From a virus (Duplodnaviria; Caudoviricetes), in the IMG/VR virus record IMGVR_UViG_3300032291_000953, positions 1 through 43,078 of that record: DNA of 43,078 nt; one strand, given 5' to 3'. Below are positions 28,383 to 36,818 of the stretch, piece by piece. Numbering within the stretch: the stretch's first letter is position 1; each line of letters begins with the position of its first letter. Made by a program: the position numbers and the translations under genes. Under the pieces are notes generated by a model that was given only the letters and a program-made list of their open reading frames with translations, did not search any database and was not told where the DNA came from.

Positions 28383-28413
28383 AAGGGGTGAGCAGAAACT
28401 GCTTGCCCCTTTT
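28383..28413 (+). terminator. Rho-independent terminator
   Basis: AAGGGGTGAGCAG-AAA-CTGCTTGCCCCTT hairpin followed by Ts. Confidence 0.65.
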
Positions 28414-28482
28414 GTATTTCGTGTTATAGTTTTACTAACAGAAGAAACTTTGGACGGTTGCTTTATGTTAGAATCAAACCTG

Positions 28483-28772
28483 AAGCCTCATACACATGGG
28501 GTCTGTCATAGTTTTCTTATGCTTGGTTCAGGGATTGACAAACATAAGCGAATGTCCAAAACAGACTCCAGTTGTATGGGGCTTTTTCTTTTGTGGTTTA
28601 TCCTGGACGGCAGAGAAACACCAGCGGGATAGATACAAGCGCTACTGGGGAAGTAGATGTAAGAGCGCAATATCGGTGGCGAAGCTTAGTGCCGATTCTA
28701 CGAACGACTGGCGAGTGCTGTGGCTCCGAAAGGTAACAGTTAAAGGCGCACTGCTAGGGCGTAGTGCGTCCA
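28483..28772 (+). ncRNA. Candidate structured RNA / leader upstream of the replication genes
   Basis: Long hairpin 28483-28584 followed by a multi-stem domain with a CC-GAAA-GG tetraloop; many G-U pairs on the + strand. Confidence 0.45.
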
Positions 28773-28819
28773 CCAAAAGGTAACATGGGCTTACGTAAGA
28801 AAGCAATAGAAAGAGAGCA

Positions 28820-29005
28820 ATGGATTTACGAGAAGAAATAAAAAAGCAAGCTGGGGTAATCCCCGATGCGGTACAAAGAGGATCGGTGCAAACTACGATC
28901 AGGTGGAAAGAAAGAGCGATGAACGCTCTAAGAACTGCCAATAACCCTAAAGCAACCGAGCGAGAGCTAAAGACGGCCTTCGCTGAACTAATGAGGAATG
29001 TATGA
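28820..29005 (+). CDS. Hypothetical protein
   Basis: RBS-like GAGAG and ATGA coupling to the next gene. Confidence 0.6.
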   Translation: MDLREEIKKQAGVIPDAVQRGSVQTTIRWKERAMNALRTANNPKATERELKTAFAELMRNV

Positions 29006-29802
29006 AACTATCAGAAATTACACTTGACCCCGAACTTCAATCCCGTGAAACATTAAACCAGGATACGATCCATGATTATTCCGAGAAGATCAGAGAGGGA
29101 GTCAAATTCCCAGCCCTTAAGGTATACCGAGTTGGATCTCGCCATTATCTCGTTGATGGATGGCACCGTTACTTTGCTTATAAGAAGGCTGGCATAGTTG
29201 ATGTAGAAGTCATTATTGTTGATGGTACTAAGCGTGATGCTCTGCTGGCGTCAACTGGTGTTAACAAAGATCACGGTCTGCCACCAACTCGTGCTGATAG
29301 ACGCCGTGCAGTATTAAAATTACTGGACGACATGGAATGGTCTTTATGGAGTAACCGTGAGATCGCTGTTCAAACTGGCGTAACCCATCCTACAGTGATG
29401 GCTATTCGTGAATCTTTAGGTAAGCCACAACCTGAAGCAATTAAGTTTGAAAGAAACGGTAAAGAGTTTGAGCAGAAAGTAAAGTACAAAGATGAAGAAT
29501 CCTATTTACCAGCACCAGCCCCTGAAGAGGATAAACTCCATGAGCTGGCAACTGAAATTCAAGCCTTGGCTGAGGAGAACGAACGGCTCGAAGCCAGAGT
29601 TGCGGTCGCTGCTATGGAAGGTACGGCTACAGAGAAGGGGGCTGCTCAGGCTATCATTGAGGAGCTTCAAGCTACGGTTAAGAATCAGGAAATTGCAATC
29701 CGTTCATTAACCATTAGCCGTGATACTTTCCAAAATAAATGCTCTGAATTAATGAAGCAAGTTACTTACTGGAAAAAGCAAGCACAAAAAATGGCAGCGT
29801 AA
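29002..29802 (+). CDS. ParB/Srx-like N-terminal domain protein with HTH and coiled coil
   Basis: YLVDGWHRYFA motif and WSNREIAVQTGVTHPTV HTH. Confidence 0.8.
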   Translation: MKLSEITLDPELQSRETLNQDTIHDYSEKIREGVKFPALKVYRVGSRHYLVDGWHRYFAYKKAGIVDVEVIIVDGTKRDALLASTGVNKDHGLPPTRADRRRAVLKLLDDMEWSLWSNREIAVQTGVTHPTVMAIRESLGKPQPEAIKFERNGKEFEQKVKYKDEESYLPAPAPEEDKLHELATEIQALAEENERLEARVAVAAMEGTATEKGAAQAIIEELQATVKNQEIAIRSLTISRDTFQNKCSELMKQVTYWKKQAQKMAA

Positions 29803-29982
29803 ATAGGGGTATTCCTCTATTAAAAAGTTGTCATAAAAGCAGTAAAGTTTACATGGGGTGAACGCAACACAGTCGGCTCGGCGACTCTAAATAGCCTGTA
29901 TTTCATATGAAGTCCTTTCTAAAAAAAGTTGTCAGTAACCCCACCCGAATGCAAGCGGTTTCTTGCTAGAACAGGAGTATTA

Positions 29983-31476
29983 GTGTTAGAACTGCGTGAG
30001 CATCAATTAGAAGTTGTTCAGAAAATTAAAGAGGGATTTGAGCAAGGCCACACACGGCAATTGCTTTACGCACCAACAGGATTCGGTAAGACAGAAGTAG
30101 CAATGTCTATCATGAAGACTGTTTCAGACGATTATAAAAAGACAGCGATGGTATTAGATCGCATTGTCTTAATCGACCAAACCAGTATGCGTTTATCCAA
30201 GTATGGTATTGAGCATGGAGTCATGCAAGCCAAGCATTGGAGAGAACGTCCACACGAAAGAATTCAGATTTGCTCGGCTCAAACGCTAGAGCGTAGATCA
30301 TCATTTCCTGATATTGAGTTGCTCATCATTGACGAGTGTCATATTGCTCGTACCAAGACAACTGAATTTATTAAGAATAATCCACACATCAGAGTCATTG
30401 GATTGACCGCAACCCCTTTTACTAAGGGGCTTGGAGACATTTATACCCATGTTGTGGGCGCCACACCTACTGGTGATCTGATTGAAAAAGGCTGGCTTAC
30501 TAAACTGCGTGTCTTTATTGCTAAAGAAATTGATATGACGGGTGTTACTAAGATGGCTGGTGAGTGGTCTGCCAATGATACGACCAAGCGTGGTATGCAA
30601 ATCACAGGCGATATTGTTCAGGAATGGATTAAGAAGACGCACGAAGTCTTTGGTGGCCCACGCAAGACCATTGTATTTTGTTCAGGCGTAGAGCATGGGC
30701 GAGACCTAGTAGAACAGTTTGCAGCGCAAGGCTATAACTTTGTATCCATTTCCTATAAAGAAGAAGATGAGTTTAAAAGAGAGGCTATTGAAGACTTCTC
30801 TCGACCAGACACACAGATCCATGGACTAATTGCTACCGACATTCTTACCCGTGGATTTGATGTTTCCGATGTCATGATTGGTGTATCAGCCCGTCCATTC
30901 TCTAAGTCTTTTTCATCCCATGTCCAGCAACTTGGTCGTGTGATGCGTCCACACGAAGGTAAAGAGTTTGCATTATGGCTAGACCATTCCGGTAACTTTC
31001 TGCGTTTCCGTGAGGATTGGGATCAACTATATACCGAAGGAGTTCAGACTCTAGAGGAGGGTGGATCAGAGAAAGCTAAACGAGAGCCAACCGAGAAAGA
31101 AAAGAAAGAAGCTAAGTGTCCAGCCTGTGCTGAGTTATGGGTTTCTACGACTAATACTTGCCATGCTTGCGGTCATATCAGACCTAGCAGAAGCATGATT
31201 GACAGTGTAGCTGGTCAACTTGAAGAACTAGAGGCAGCCAATCGTAAGTTGCATAAATCTAATACTGAATTCTATGCAGAGCTTGTGTATTATGGGCGCC
31301 TAAAAGGATACAAAGACGGCTGGGCTGCACATAAATACAAAGAGAAGTTTGCAGTATTTCCAAAAGGATTGCATATCGACCCTAAACCACCAACACCTGA
31401 GACATTGCGTTGGATTAAAAGTCGGTTCATTGCATACGGTAAGAGCAAAGCACAACAACAGGGAGTATCAGCATGA
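29983..31476 (+). CDS. Superfamily 2 (DEAD/DEAH-like) helicase with Zn ribbon
   Basis: APTGFGKT, DECH, LTATP, RGFD, QQLGRVMR and CPAC...CHAC. GTG start at 29983 after RBS AGGAG. Confidence 0.9.
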   Translation: MLELREHQLEVVQKIKEGFEQGHTRQLLYAPTGFGKTEVAMSIMKTVSDDYKKTAMVLDRIVLIDQTSMRLSKYGIEHGVMQAKHWRERPHERIQICSAQTLERRSSFPDIELLIIDECHIARTKTTEFIKNNPHIRVIGLTATPFTKGLGDIYTHVVGATPTGDLIEKGWLTKLRVFIAKEIDMTGVTKMAGEWSANDTTKRGMQITGDIVQEWIKKTHEVFGGPRKTIVFCSGVEHGRDLVEQFAAQGYNFVSISYKEEDEFKREAIEDFSRPDTQIHGLIATDILTRGFDVSDVMIGVSARPFSKSFSSHVQQLGRVMRPHEGKEFALWLDHSGNFLRFREDWDQLYTEGVQTLEEGGSEKAKREPTEKEKKEAKCPACAELWVSTTNTCHACGHIRPSRSMIDSVAGQLEELEAANRKLHKSNTEFYAELVYYGRLKGYKDGWAAHKYKEKFAVFPKGLHIDPKPPTPETLRWIKSRFIAYGKSKAQQQGVSA

Positions 31477-31697
31477 ACGCCGAAGAGCAAAAAGTTATAG
31501 ATGATATTAACTTTTATTACCACGACACAGTAAGAACGAATGACCCGATGAAGAAGATGCGGTTCGAGATCATGAAGATGGCTAGATTTAGAAGCCCGCT
31601 TTCTGAGTTTGAGTTGAATTGTGTAATGAAAGAAACTGAAGGCGGGACTCTAGAAGAGTTTGCAAGAGCAGTAGAAAGGGCGCACGGAATAAAATGA
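31473..31697 (+). CDS. Hypothetical protein
   Basis: C-terminal FARAVERAHGI motif, shared with 34636-34830. Confidence 0.6.
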   Translation: MNAEEQKVIDDINFYYHDTVRTNDPMKKMRFEIMKMARFRSPLSEFELNCVMKETEGGTLEEFARAVERAHGIK

Positions 31698-31870
31698 TAG
31701 AAAAGACACCGTATGATGACTATGCTATGACCCAGCAAGAAGTAGCTGATGCTTTGGGCATGAGCAGAGGTAATGTTGGAGCAATTGAATTAAAAGCAAA
31801 GCAAAAACTTAAGAGAGAACTAGAGAAGCGTGGTTTTAAAGTAGAAGACTTTATAGGAGCGATGATATGA
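31694..31870 (+). CDS. Sigma-70 region 4-like HTH protein
   Basis: Manual translation MIEKTPYDDYAMTQQEVADALGMSRGNVGAIELKAKQKLKREL... Confidence 0.7.
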   Translation: MIEKTPYDDYAMTQQEVADALGMSRGNVGAIELKAKQKLKRELEKRGFKVEDFIGAMI

Positions 31871-32040
31871 GAGATGGTGGCAAAGGGGATGCACAGCGCC
31901 CATTGGTAGTACCTATGCAAGAGTTTGATAATAACTGGGATGCTATATTTAAGAAGGCAAAAGATTTAACTAAGCATATAGACTTAGTGAATGAAGAGTT
32001 TGACAAAGCTTACAAAAAATATAACAAGGAAAAGAAATGA
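31867..32040 (+). CDS. Small conserved phage protein
   Basis: MRDGGKGDAQRP...FDNNWDAIF; ATGA-coupled at both ends. Confidence 0.6.
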   Translation: MRDGGKGDAQRPLVVPMQEFDNNWDAIFKKAKDLTKHIDLVNEEFDKAYKKYNKEKK

Positions 32041-33449
32041 ATTACTTATCCGTGTGTTCAGGAGTTGAGGCAGCCACGGTAGCATGGCATGACCTTGGCT
32101 TCAATCCGATTGCCTTCTCCGAGATAGAGAAGTTTCCATCGGAAGTATTAGCGCATCACTACCCAAGCGTCCCGAATATGGGCGATATGACTAAGTATAA
32201 AGAATGGAATTTGAATGAACCAATTAACCTTTTGGTCGGAGGAACTCCCTGCCAATCCTTCTCCGTTGCCGGTCTTCGCAAAGGACTCGAAGATCCCCGA
32301 GGTAACCTTGCCCTCACCTATGTTGGAATTCTTGACAAGTTTAGACCCAAGTGGTGCGTATGGGAAAACGTGCCAGGTGTCCTCAGTAGTAATGGAGGAC
32401 GGGACTTTGGTTCCTTCCTCGGGGCGTTGGTCGAACTCGGGTATGGGTTCAGCTATCGGGTGCTTGACGCTCAATACTTCGGAGTACCCCAAAGACGTAG
32501 ACGTGTCTTTGTTGTTGGATGTCTTGGAGACTGGGAATCTCCCGCAAAAGTTTTATTTGAGTCCTCTTGCTTGCGCAGGGATACTCCGCCGAGCAGAGAA
32601 AAGAGGAAAGAAACTACCCTCGCTACTCCAGACAGCGTTGGAACGCTCTGCGCTAGAGATTACAAAGGAGTTGAAAACCAATACGTCCAAGAAGGAAAGT
32701 GCATAGTAACCTTCGATCGCCAGTCTAGCGGTGAGTATGGGACTCAAGATGTAGCCAGCACTATTGCCGCAAGGGATTACAAGAGTGCAACTGATTTAAT
32801 TGCTAAGGTTTATGAAACTCACCCAGCCGATAGCAGAGTAAAAGAAATGGGCGATGTATCTCAGACAGTTACATCACGCTGGGGTACAGGCGGTGGCAAT
32901 GTTCCACTCGTTCAAGCAATAGCTTTGCAAGATGTATCAGGCAGAGATAAGAAGCAGAACGGCAAAGGCTGGAACGATGATGGCGTTAGCTACACAATAG
33001 ATACCCATGCCACTCAGGGTGTTGTAGAAGCATACAGTTTGCGTGAGGATGCTAAGGCTAATAACTTTAGTGCTACCCCACTACATGTAACTCCAGCACT
33101 ACAGGCACTGCGTCCCTCTGTGCAATCCCATCACGCCCAGACTTTTGTAGCCCAAGGTGTAGATGTGTACAACCAAGCGATTGATGGTGATGTAGCAGCA
33201 ACCCTAACCAAGGCTTGCGGTGGTTCTAATACAAGTGGCCCAAAGATTATGGACATGGCGGTTCGCCGTCTTACTCCTATCGAATGTGAACGTTTACAGG
33301 GATTCCCTGATGACTACACAAACATTCCTTGGCGTGGTAAAGACGAGTCGCCGGATGGTCAAAGATACAAAGCAATGGGTAATAGCATGGCGGTTCCCGT
33401 TATGAAGTGGATTGGTAAACGTATTGCGGAGGTAGAGAATGAGCTTTGA
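32037..33449 (+). CDS. C5-cytosine DNA methyltransferase with long variable region
   Basis: SVCSG (I), GTPCQSFS (IV), WENVPG (VI), QRRRRVF (VIII), RRLTPIECERLQGFP (IX), MGNS (X). Confidence 0.93.
   Translation: MNYLSVCSGVEAATVAWHDLGFNPIAFSEIEKFPSEVLAHHYPSVPNMGDMTKYKEWNLNEPINLLVGGTPCQSFSVAGLRKGLEDPRGNLALTYVGILDKFRPKWCVWENVPGVLSSNGGRDFGSFLGALVELGYGFSYRVLDAQYFGVPQRRRRVFVVGCLGDWESPAKVLFESSCLRRDTPPSREKRKETTLATPDSVGTLCARDYKGVENQYVQEGKCIVTFDRQSSGEYGTQDVASTIAARDYKSATDLIAKVYETHPADSRVKEMGDVSQTVTSRWGTGGGNVPLVQAIALQDVSGRDKKQNGKGWNDDGVSYTIDTHATQGVVEAYSLREDAKANNFSATPLHVTPALQALRPSVQSHHAQTFVAQGVDVYNQAIDGDVAATLTKACGGSNTSGPKIMDMAVRRLTPIECERLQGFPDDYTNIPWRGKDESPDGQRYKAMGNSMAVPVMKWIGKRIAEVENEL
32215..32706 (+). 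CDS. Overlapping +1-frame protein similar to M.EcoHK31I beta polypeptide
   Basis: SSGRWSNSGM...LLDVLET...FYLSP...ILRRAEKRGKKLP parallels EcoHK31I beta as recalled; 163 codons open inside the MTase gene. Confidence 0.65.
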   Translation: MNQLTFWSEELPANPSPLPVFAKDSKIPEVTLPSPMLEFLTSLDPSGAYGKTCQVSSVVMEDGTLVPSSGRWSNSGMGSAIGCLTLNTSEYPKDVDVSLLLDVLETGNLPQKFYLSPLACAGILRRAEKRGKKLPSLLQTALERSALEITKELKTNTSKKESA

Positions 33450-34242
33450 ATCTTTTGCACACCAACATGGGTTGATCATTGATAGCCTGGTTCACGATCG
33501 CTGGACTCGTGTACCTACAGTAGATAAGCCTAATAAAAAGAATGGTTCTTATATCTATCATGGAGATCATGGGGCGGTGAAAAACTGGGCAGTGCATGAG
33601 AAAGCTATCTTTTGGAGTGGCAACTATGTTCCTGAAGCGGAGTATCGGGAGCGTGTTCAAAAGTCTAAGAAAGACTTGCTTGCTAAACAGAACGAGGCAG
33701 CTGGTAAGGCAGCATGGATCCTTGACCGTTGCGTAAAAGCAACACATCCATATTTAGTTAACAAGGGATTTGCAGACGTCAAAGACTTGGTGTGGAATAA
33801 CCTTCTTGTTATACCTATGCGCATGGAAGGACGTTTGGTTGGTTGTCAGTTAATAGATCCACAAGGTTCCAAAAGGTTCCTTTCTGGTCAGCGTACCAAA
33901 GGTGCATCGTGCGAGATCAACAACAAAGGACGCATCATTCTTGTGGAAGGCTACGCTACCGCCTTGTCCATCAGGAAGGCTCTTAAAGCCGTCCGCACTC
34001 GTTATAACATCCAAGTATGCTTTTCTGCTGGAAACATCGCAGAGGTGGCAAAGAATCATCCTGACTGCATGATAGTAGCGGATCATGATCCTGTAGGCAT
34101 CAAGGCAGCCAAGAAAACAGGGATGCCTTACTGGGTTTCTGCCTTGGAGGGAGAGGACTTCAATGATTTTGAAACTAGAGTGGGGTCTGAGGCCGCCGGC
34201 AAATCGCTTATTGCAATAGGTCGGACGGTGAATCCTGAGTAA
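33439..34242 (+). CDS. Toprim-domain primase
   Basis: LVIPM, QLIDPQGSKRFL, EGYATA, IVADHD and DFND motifs. Confidence 0.8.
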   Translation: MSFESFAHQHGLIIDSLVHDRWTRVPTVDKPNKKNGSYIYHGDHGAVKNWAVHEKAIFWSGNYVPEAEYRERVQKSKKDLLAKQNEAAGKAAWILDRCVKATHPYLVNKGFADVKDLVWNNLLVIPMRMEGRLVGCQLIDPQGSKRFLSGQRTKGASCEINNKGRIILVEGYATALSIRKALKAVRTRYNIQVCFSAGNIAEVAKNHPDCMIVADHDPVGIKAAKKTGMPYWVSALEGEDFNDFETRVGSEAAGKSLIAIGRTVNPE

Positions 34243-34402
34243 ACTCATTGTGTTTGACGAACACGCAGTTGTTAACTTCCCATAGGTTGTTGACAATGGC
34301 GTTTCCAATAAGGAACGACTGACCTGGATCACCAACCAATTCCATTACAACTTCAACTTTGCCGTTCTTGCCATCTTTTAAATAGAGTATCACTGCGTCC
34401 AT
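34208..34402 (-). CDS. Hypothetical protein
   Basis: Last ORF of the leftward early cluster. Confidence 0.5.
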   Translation of the reverse strand: MDAVILYLKDGKNGKVEVVMELVGDPGQSFLIGNAIVNNLWEVNNCVFVKHNEFTQDSPSDLLQ

Positions 34403-34623
34403 ACAATTCTGATAGCCTCTTGCTTTGTGAAATAATCCGGAAAAGCCTCCACTAACTTCTTAAGGTTCTCCTCGTCAGCTATAAGGGCAGCCTTGCCTAA
34501 TGATACCGCAAAACTGCCCTTGTTTTCTAGCCTATCGACCGCTTGAATTAGGGCGGTTCTATCAGTCAAAACCCTCATGCCAGGCATAAGGCTGCGGTCA
34601 TAAGGCCAAATAATACTGCGCAA
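34390..34623 (-). CDS. Hypothetical protein
   Basis: GSFAVSLGKAALIADEENLKKLVEAFPDYF motif; start uncertain. Confidence 0.55.
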   Translation of the reverse strand: MRSIIWPYDRSLMPGMRVLTDRTALIQAVDRLENKGSFAVSLGKAALIADEENLKKLVEAFPDYFTKQEAIRIVWTQ

Positions 34624-34635
34624 ATAAGGTCATCT

Positions 34636-34830
34636 CTAGTCATTGTGTATTCCTATTCCATGTGCGTGTTCAATCCGCCTAACAAAATCAACAAGCGGGC
34701 TTATGCTCTTTTGCATCGACACATCAAAGTAGATAGACTCTATCTCCTTGATGGTCAATGGTGCGCTAGGCTGGATTTTTTCCAGCTTTAGCAACTCTTG
34801 AAAGAATTCCTTTTCATTCTTCATTACCAT
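34636..34830 (-). CDS. Hypothetical protein
   Basis: FVRRIEHAHGI motif. Confidence 0.55.
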   Translation of the reverse strand: MVMKNEKEFFQELLKLEKIQPSAPLTIKEIESIYFDVSMQKSISPLVDFVRRIEHAHGIGIHND

Positions 34831-34999
34831 CCTCTTCAGAGATTACATCATCAATTGTAGTATCCTCTCTGATTTCTCCGCAATCGTTTTCAAACTCATC
34901 ACAAGCGATACCCTCTGCCTCCTCATAATCGGGTGCGCTTACAGAATAAGTCCTTGAACCACTATAAGAAATTGTTACTGAATATTCTTTCATTCTCAT
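34814..34999 (-). CDS. Acidic hypothetical protein
   Basis: YSVTISY...VSAPDYEEA; coupled start. Confidence 0.6.
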   Translation of the reverse strand: MRMKEYSVTISYSGSRTYSVSAPDYEEAEGIACDEFENDCGEIREDTTIDDVISEEDGNEE

Positions 35000-35226
35000 A
35001 CTTCCTCCCCTATTAATTTGTTGGTGTCTTTTTTGTAAATGCGAGCTAATTCATCCATAAATCTAGATAACTCCCACTCCATTTCCTGTTTGGTTAAGTC
35101 AGCATCTAAAAAATCATGGACGATTTCATATACGTACTTGGTTGATAGCGTACTCACACTTTCCCCTCTAGTCGTTGTGATGTCGTTGATGAATTGGTCA
35201 AAACCCCAAAGCCAGTTTTCTTGCAT
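34996..35226 (-). CDS. Hypothetical protein
   Basis: RBS GAGGAG; ends in the EEV junction motif. Confidence 0.6.
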   Translation of the reverse strand: MQENWLWGFDQFINDITTTRGESVSTLSTKYVYEIVHDFLDADLTKQEMEWELSRFMDELARIYKKDTNKLIGEEV

Positions 35227-35379
35227 AACTCCTCCTCTTTTAATAAAGCATACTGTAAGTTCTTGTTTAAAATCTGTAGGTCTATACCCTTACTTATCCG
35301 GATTCTTTCCTGGAGGTAAGCAACAGACTCTTTTACATCTAGTAAATGTTTTAGCGCCTTACTGCGTGATTGTTTTTTC
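35154..35379 (-). CDS. Hypothetical protein (start approximate, MKKQSR)
   Basis: Part of track ORF 35154..35435. Confidence 0.4.
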
Positions 35380-35510
35380 ATAAAGTTACTTTTCCCTTTT
35401 GTAATAAAAAATAGCATCGTACTGCGTAAAACCAAATGGAATCGGGCCTTAATTTTGCCAAACGATACCCCAAAAAGCCCTCAGAAAAGGCTTTTCAGGG
35501 TGTCGGCTGC

Positions 35511-35807
35511 CTACACTTCGAAAGTGATTGAATCGCCCACAAATGGGAGCGTTTGATCATTTGATCGCAGATGTAAGAACCATTCGCCTTTCTTTTGATA
35601 AACCCCAAAGCGACTTTGTGCGTATGTGTTGGCAAATTGGTTCATGCGTAGCTTGGTGGTTCTTGACTTCCATCCACCCGTCTTTAGGGTGATTGTGTTA
35701 CCAAGCTGAGAGGCAACCTCTGTGCCTCTATAAATGCCCACCAACGCTCCTTGATCGTTGCGAAAGGTGGTTGTCTCTACTCCTCGGAAAATTCGAGTCT
35801 GTGCCAT
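35511..35807 (-). CDS. Conserved early phage protein
   Basis: MAQTRIF...ITLKTGGWKSRTTKLRMNQF...VYQKKGEWF; start trimmed. Confidence 0.7.
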   Translation of the reverse strand: MAQTRIFRGVETTTFRNDQGALVGIYRGTEVASQLGNTITLKTGGWKSRTTKLRMNQFANTYAQSRFGVYQKKGEWFLHLRSNDQTLPFVGDSITFEV

Positions 35808-35809
35808 GT

Positions 35810-35962
35810 TTATGCCTCTTTTGGTTGGTTTGATTGAATGAAAGCCTCGCAACACCGTTTTAGGATGTTGTTTGCCTCGTCTAAAGGAAGATATCCCTCG
35901 TCAAATTGCTCGTAAATGTCATTGATTGAACAGAAAAGGTCATCTATTGTGAATGGTTCCAT
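35810..35962 (-). CDS. Small acidic protein
   Basis: Manual translation MEPFTIDDLFCSINDIYEQFDEGYLPLDEANNILKRCCEAFIQSNQPKEA; RBS GGGGAG. Confidence 0.5.
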   Translation of the reverse strand: MEPFTIDDLFCSINDIYEQFDEGYLPLDEANNILKRCCEAFIQSNQPKEA

Positions 35963-36111
35963 GTCTCCCCCTCATCCAATGCGATTAGTTGTAAGCGATC
36001 GCCTAAACGATCGAGATAGCCTCTAAAAAACTCTTTGTCCATTACAAAATTCTTACTTGCGTGTAGGACATAATCTTGCTGGAATATGTCGCAATAGTAG
36101 TAAATTCTCAT
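35944..36111 (-). CDS. Hypothetical protein
   Basis: Start MRIYYY after GGAGGAAGT; immediately downstream of the ribozyme. Confidence 0.55.
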   Translation of the reverse strand: MRIYYYCDIFQQDYVLHASKNFVMDKEFFRGYLDRLGDRLQLIALDEGETWNHSQ

Positions 36112-36128
36112 ACTTCCTCCTTTGGTTT

Positions 36129-36179
36129 GCAAATGACCCCTTGCGGGGTTTCGGCTAATAAAGCCATCATCAGACTTGC
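36129..36179 (-). ncRNA. Type I hammerhead ribozyme
   Basis: Minus strand GCAAGU-CUGAUGA-U-GGCU(UUAUU)AGCC-GAAA-CCCC(GCAA)GGG-GUC^AUUUGC: complete core and stems I-III. Confidence 0.88.
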
Positions 36180-36391
36180 TTGATTGGTTCGTGATCTCTT
36201 AAACACTCGCCCGAATTAATCTCTTGTACTCGTATATCTGCCCATTGTTCAAACCATTTCGGCTCAAGGTTGTAAGCCTTTGCGTGCGCCTTAAGTCCCT
36301 TGTGAAGCGTTCCTATAGCCTCGTTGTAGGTTGATCCAATGGCTTGAAAATCAAAACTCCGACTATGTGCGGATGCGTAGTATATTTTCAT
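36170..36391 (-). CDS. Hypothetical early protein
   Basis: Stop codon lies inside the ribozyme CUGAUGA. Confidence 0.65.
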   Translation of the reverse strand: MKIYYASAHSRSFDFQAIGSTYNEAIGTLHKGLKAHAKAYNLEPKWFEQWADIRVQEINSGECLRDHEPIKQV

Positions 36392-36588
36392 TTAATCCTC
36401 CGCACCCAATGATCACCGCTTTCTTGAAACCTAGCGTACTCACCAACTTCTAAACCATCTATTTGCCAAATATCGTCTTCCGAATAACCTTTTAATAAAT
36501 CAAAAAATCCTTGATCTTGATAAGCAAGGATAGACTTGCCATCCTTACTCCGATATCCATCACCCCAAAAACATTCAAATGTTTTCAT
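36388..36588 (-). CDS. Hypothetical early protein
   Basis: ATGA coupling and RBS. Confidence 0.6.
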   Translation of the reverse strand: MKTFECFWGDGYRSKDGKSILAYQDQGFFDLLKGYSEDDIWQIDGLEVGEYARFQESGDHWVRRIK

Positions 36589-36818
36589 GCTTGCTCCTTT
36601 GTTTTTAAACTGTTGTAAATTTCATCAAAAAACCAGCTTTTACCATTGTGATAAGTGCCTAAATGTCTTCCGTCTGTGGTGTAGTACAGATGAATAGGAG
36701 CGGTTGACTCGCTATATTGCTCGTAATGCTTGCGATAGCCCAAAGGCTCTTGTTTATTGGCATGGAATAATAAGTTTTCAAAATCTTTCTTTTTTAAATT
36801 TACTTGTGTGGTTTTCAT
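36585..36818 (-). CDS. Hypothetical early protein
   Basis: ATGA coupling and RBS. Confidence 0.6.
   Translation of the reverse strand: MKTTQVNLKKKDFENLLFHANKQEPLGYRKHYEQYSESTAPIHLYYTTDGRHLGTYHNGKSWFFDEIYNSLKTKEQA

Noticed and set aside
28450-28941. Track ORFs 28450-28632, 28496-28783 and 28642-28941
   Set aside because: No convincing RBS or motifs; the region is better explained by RNA structure and the 28820 gene.
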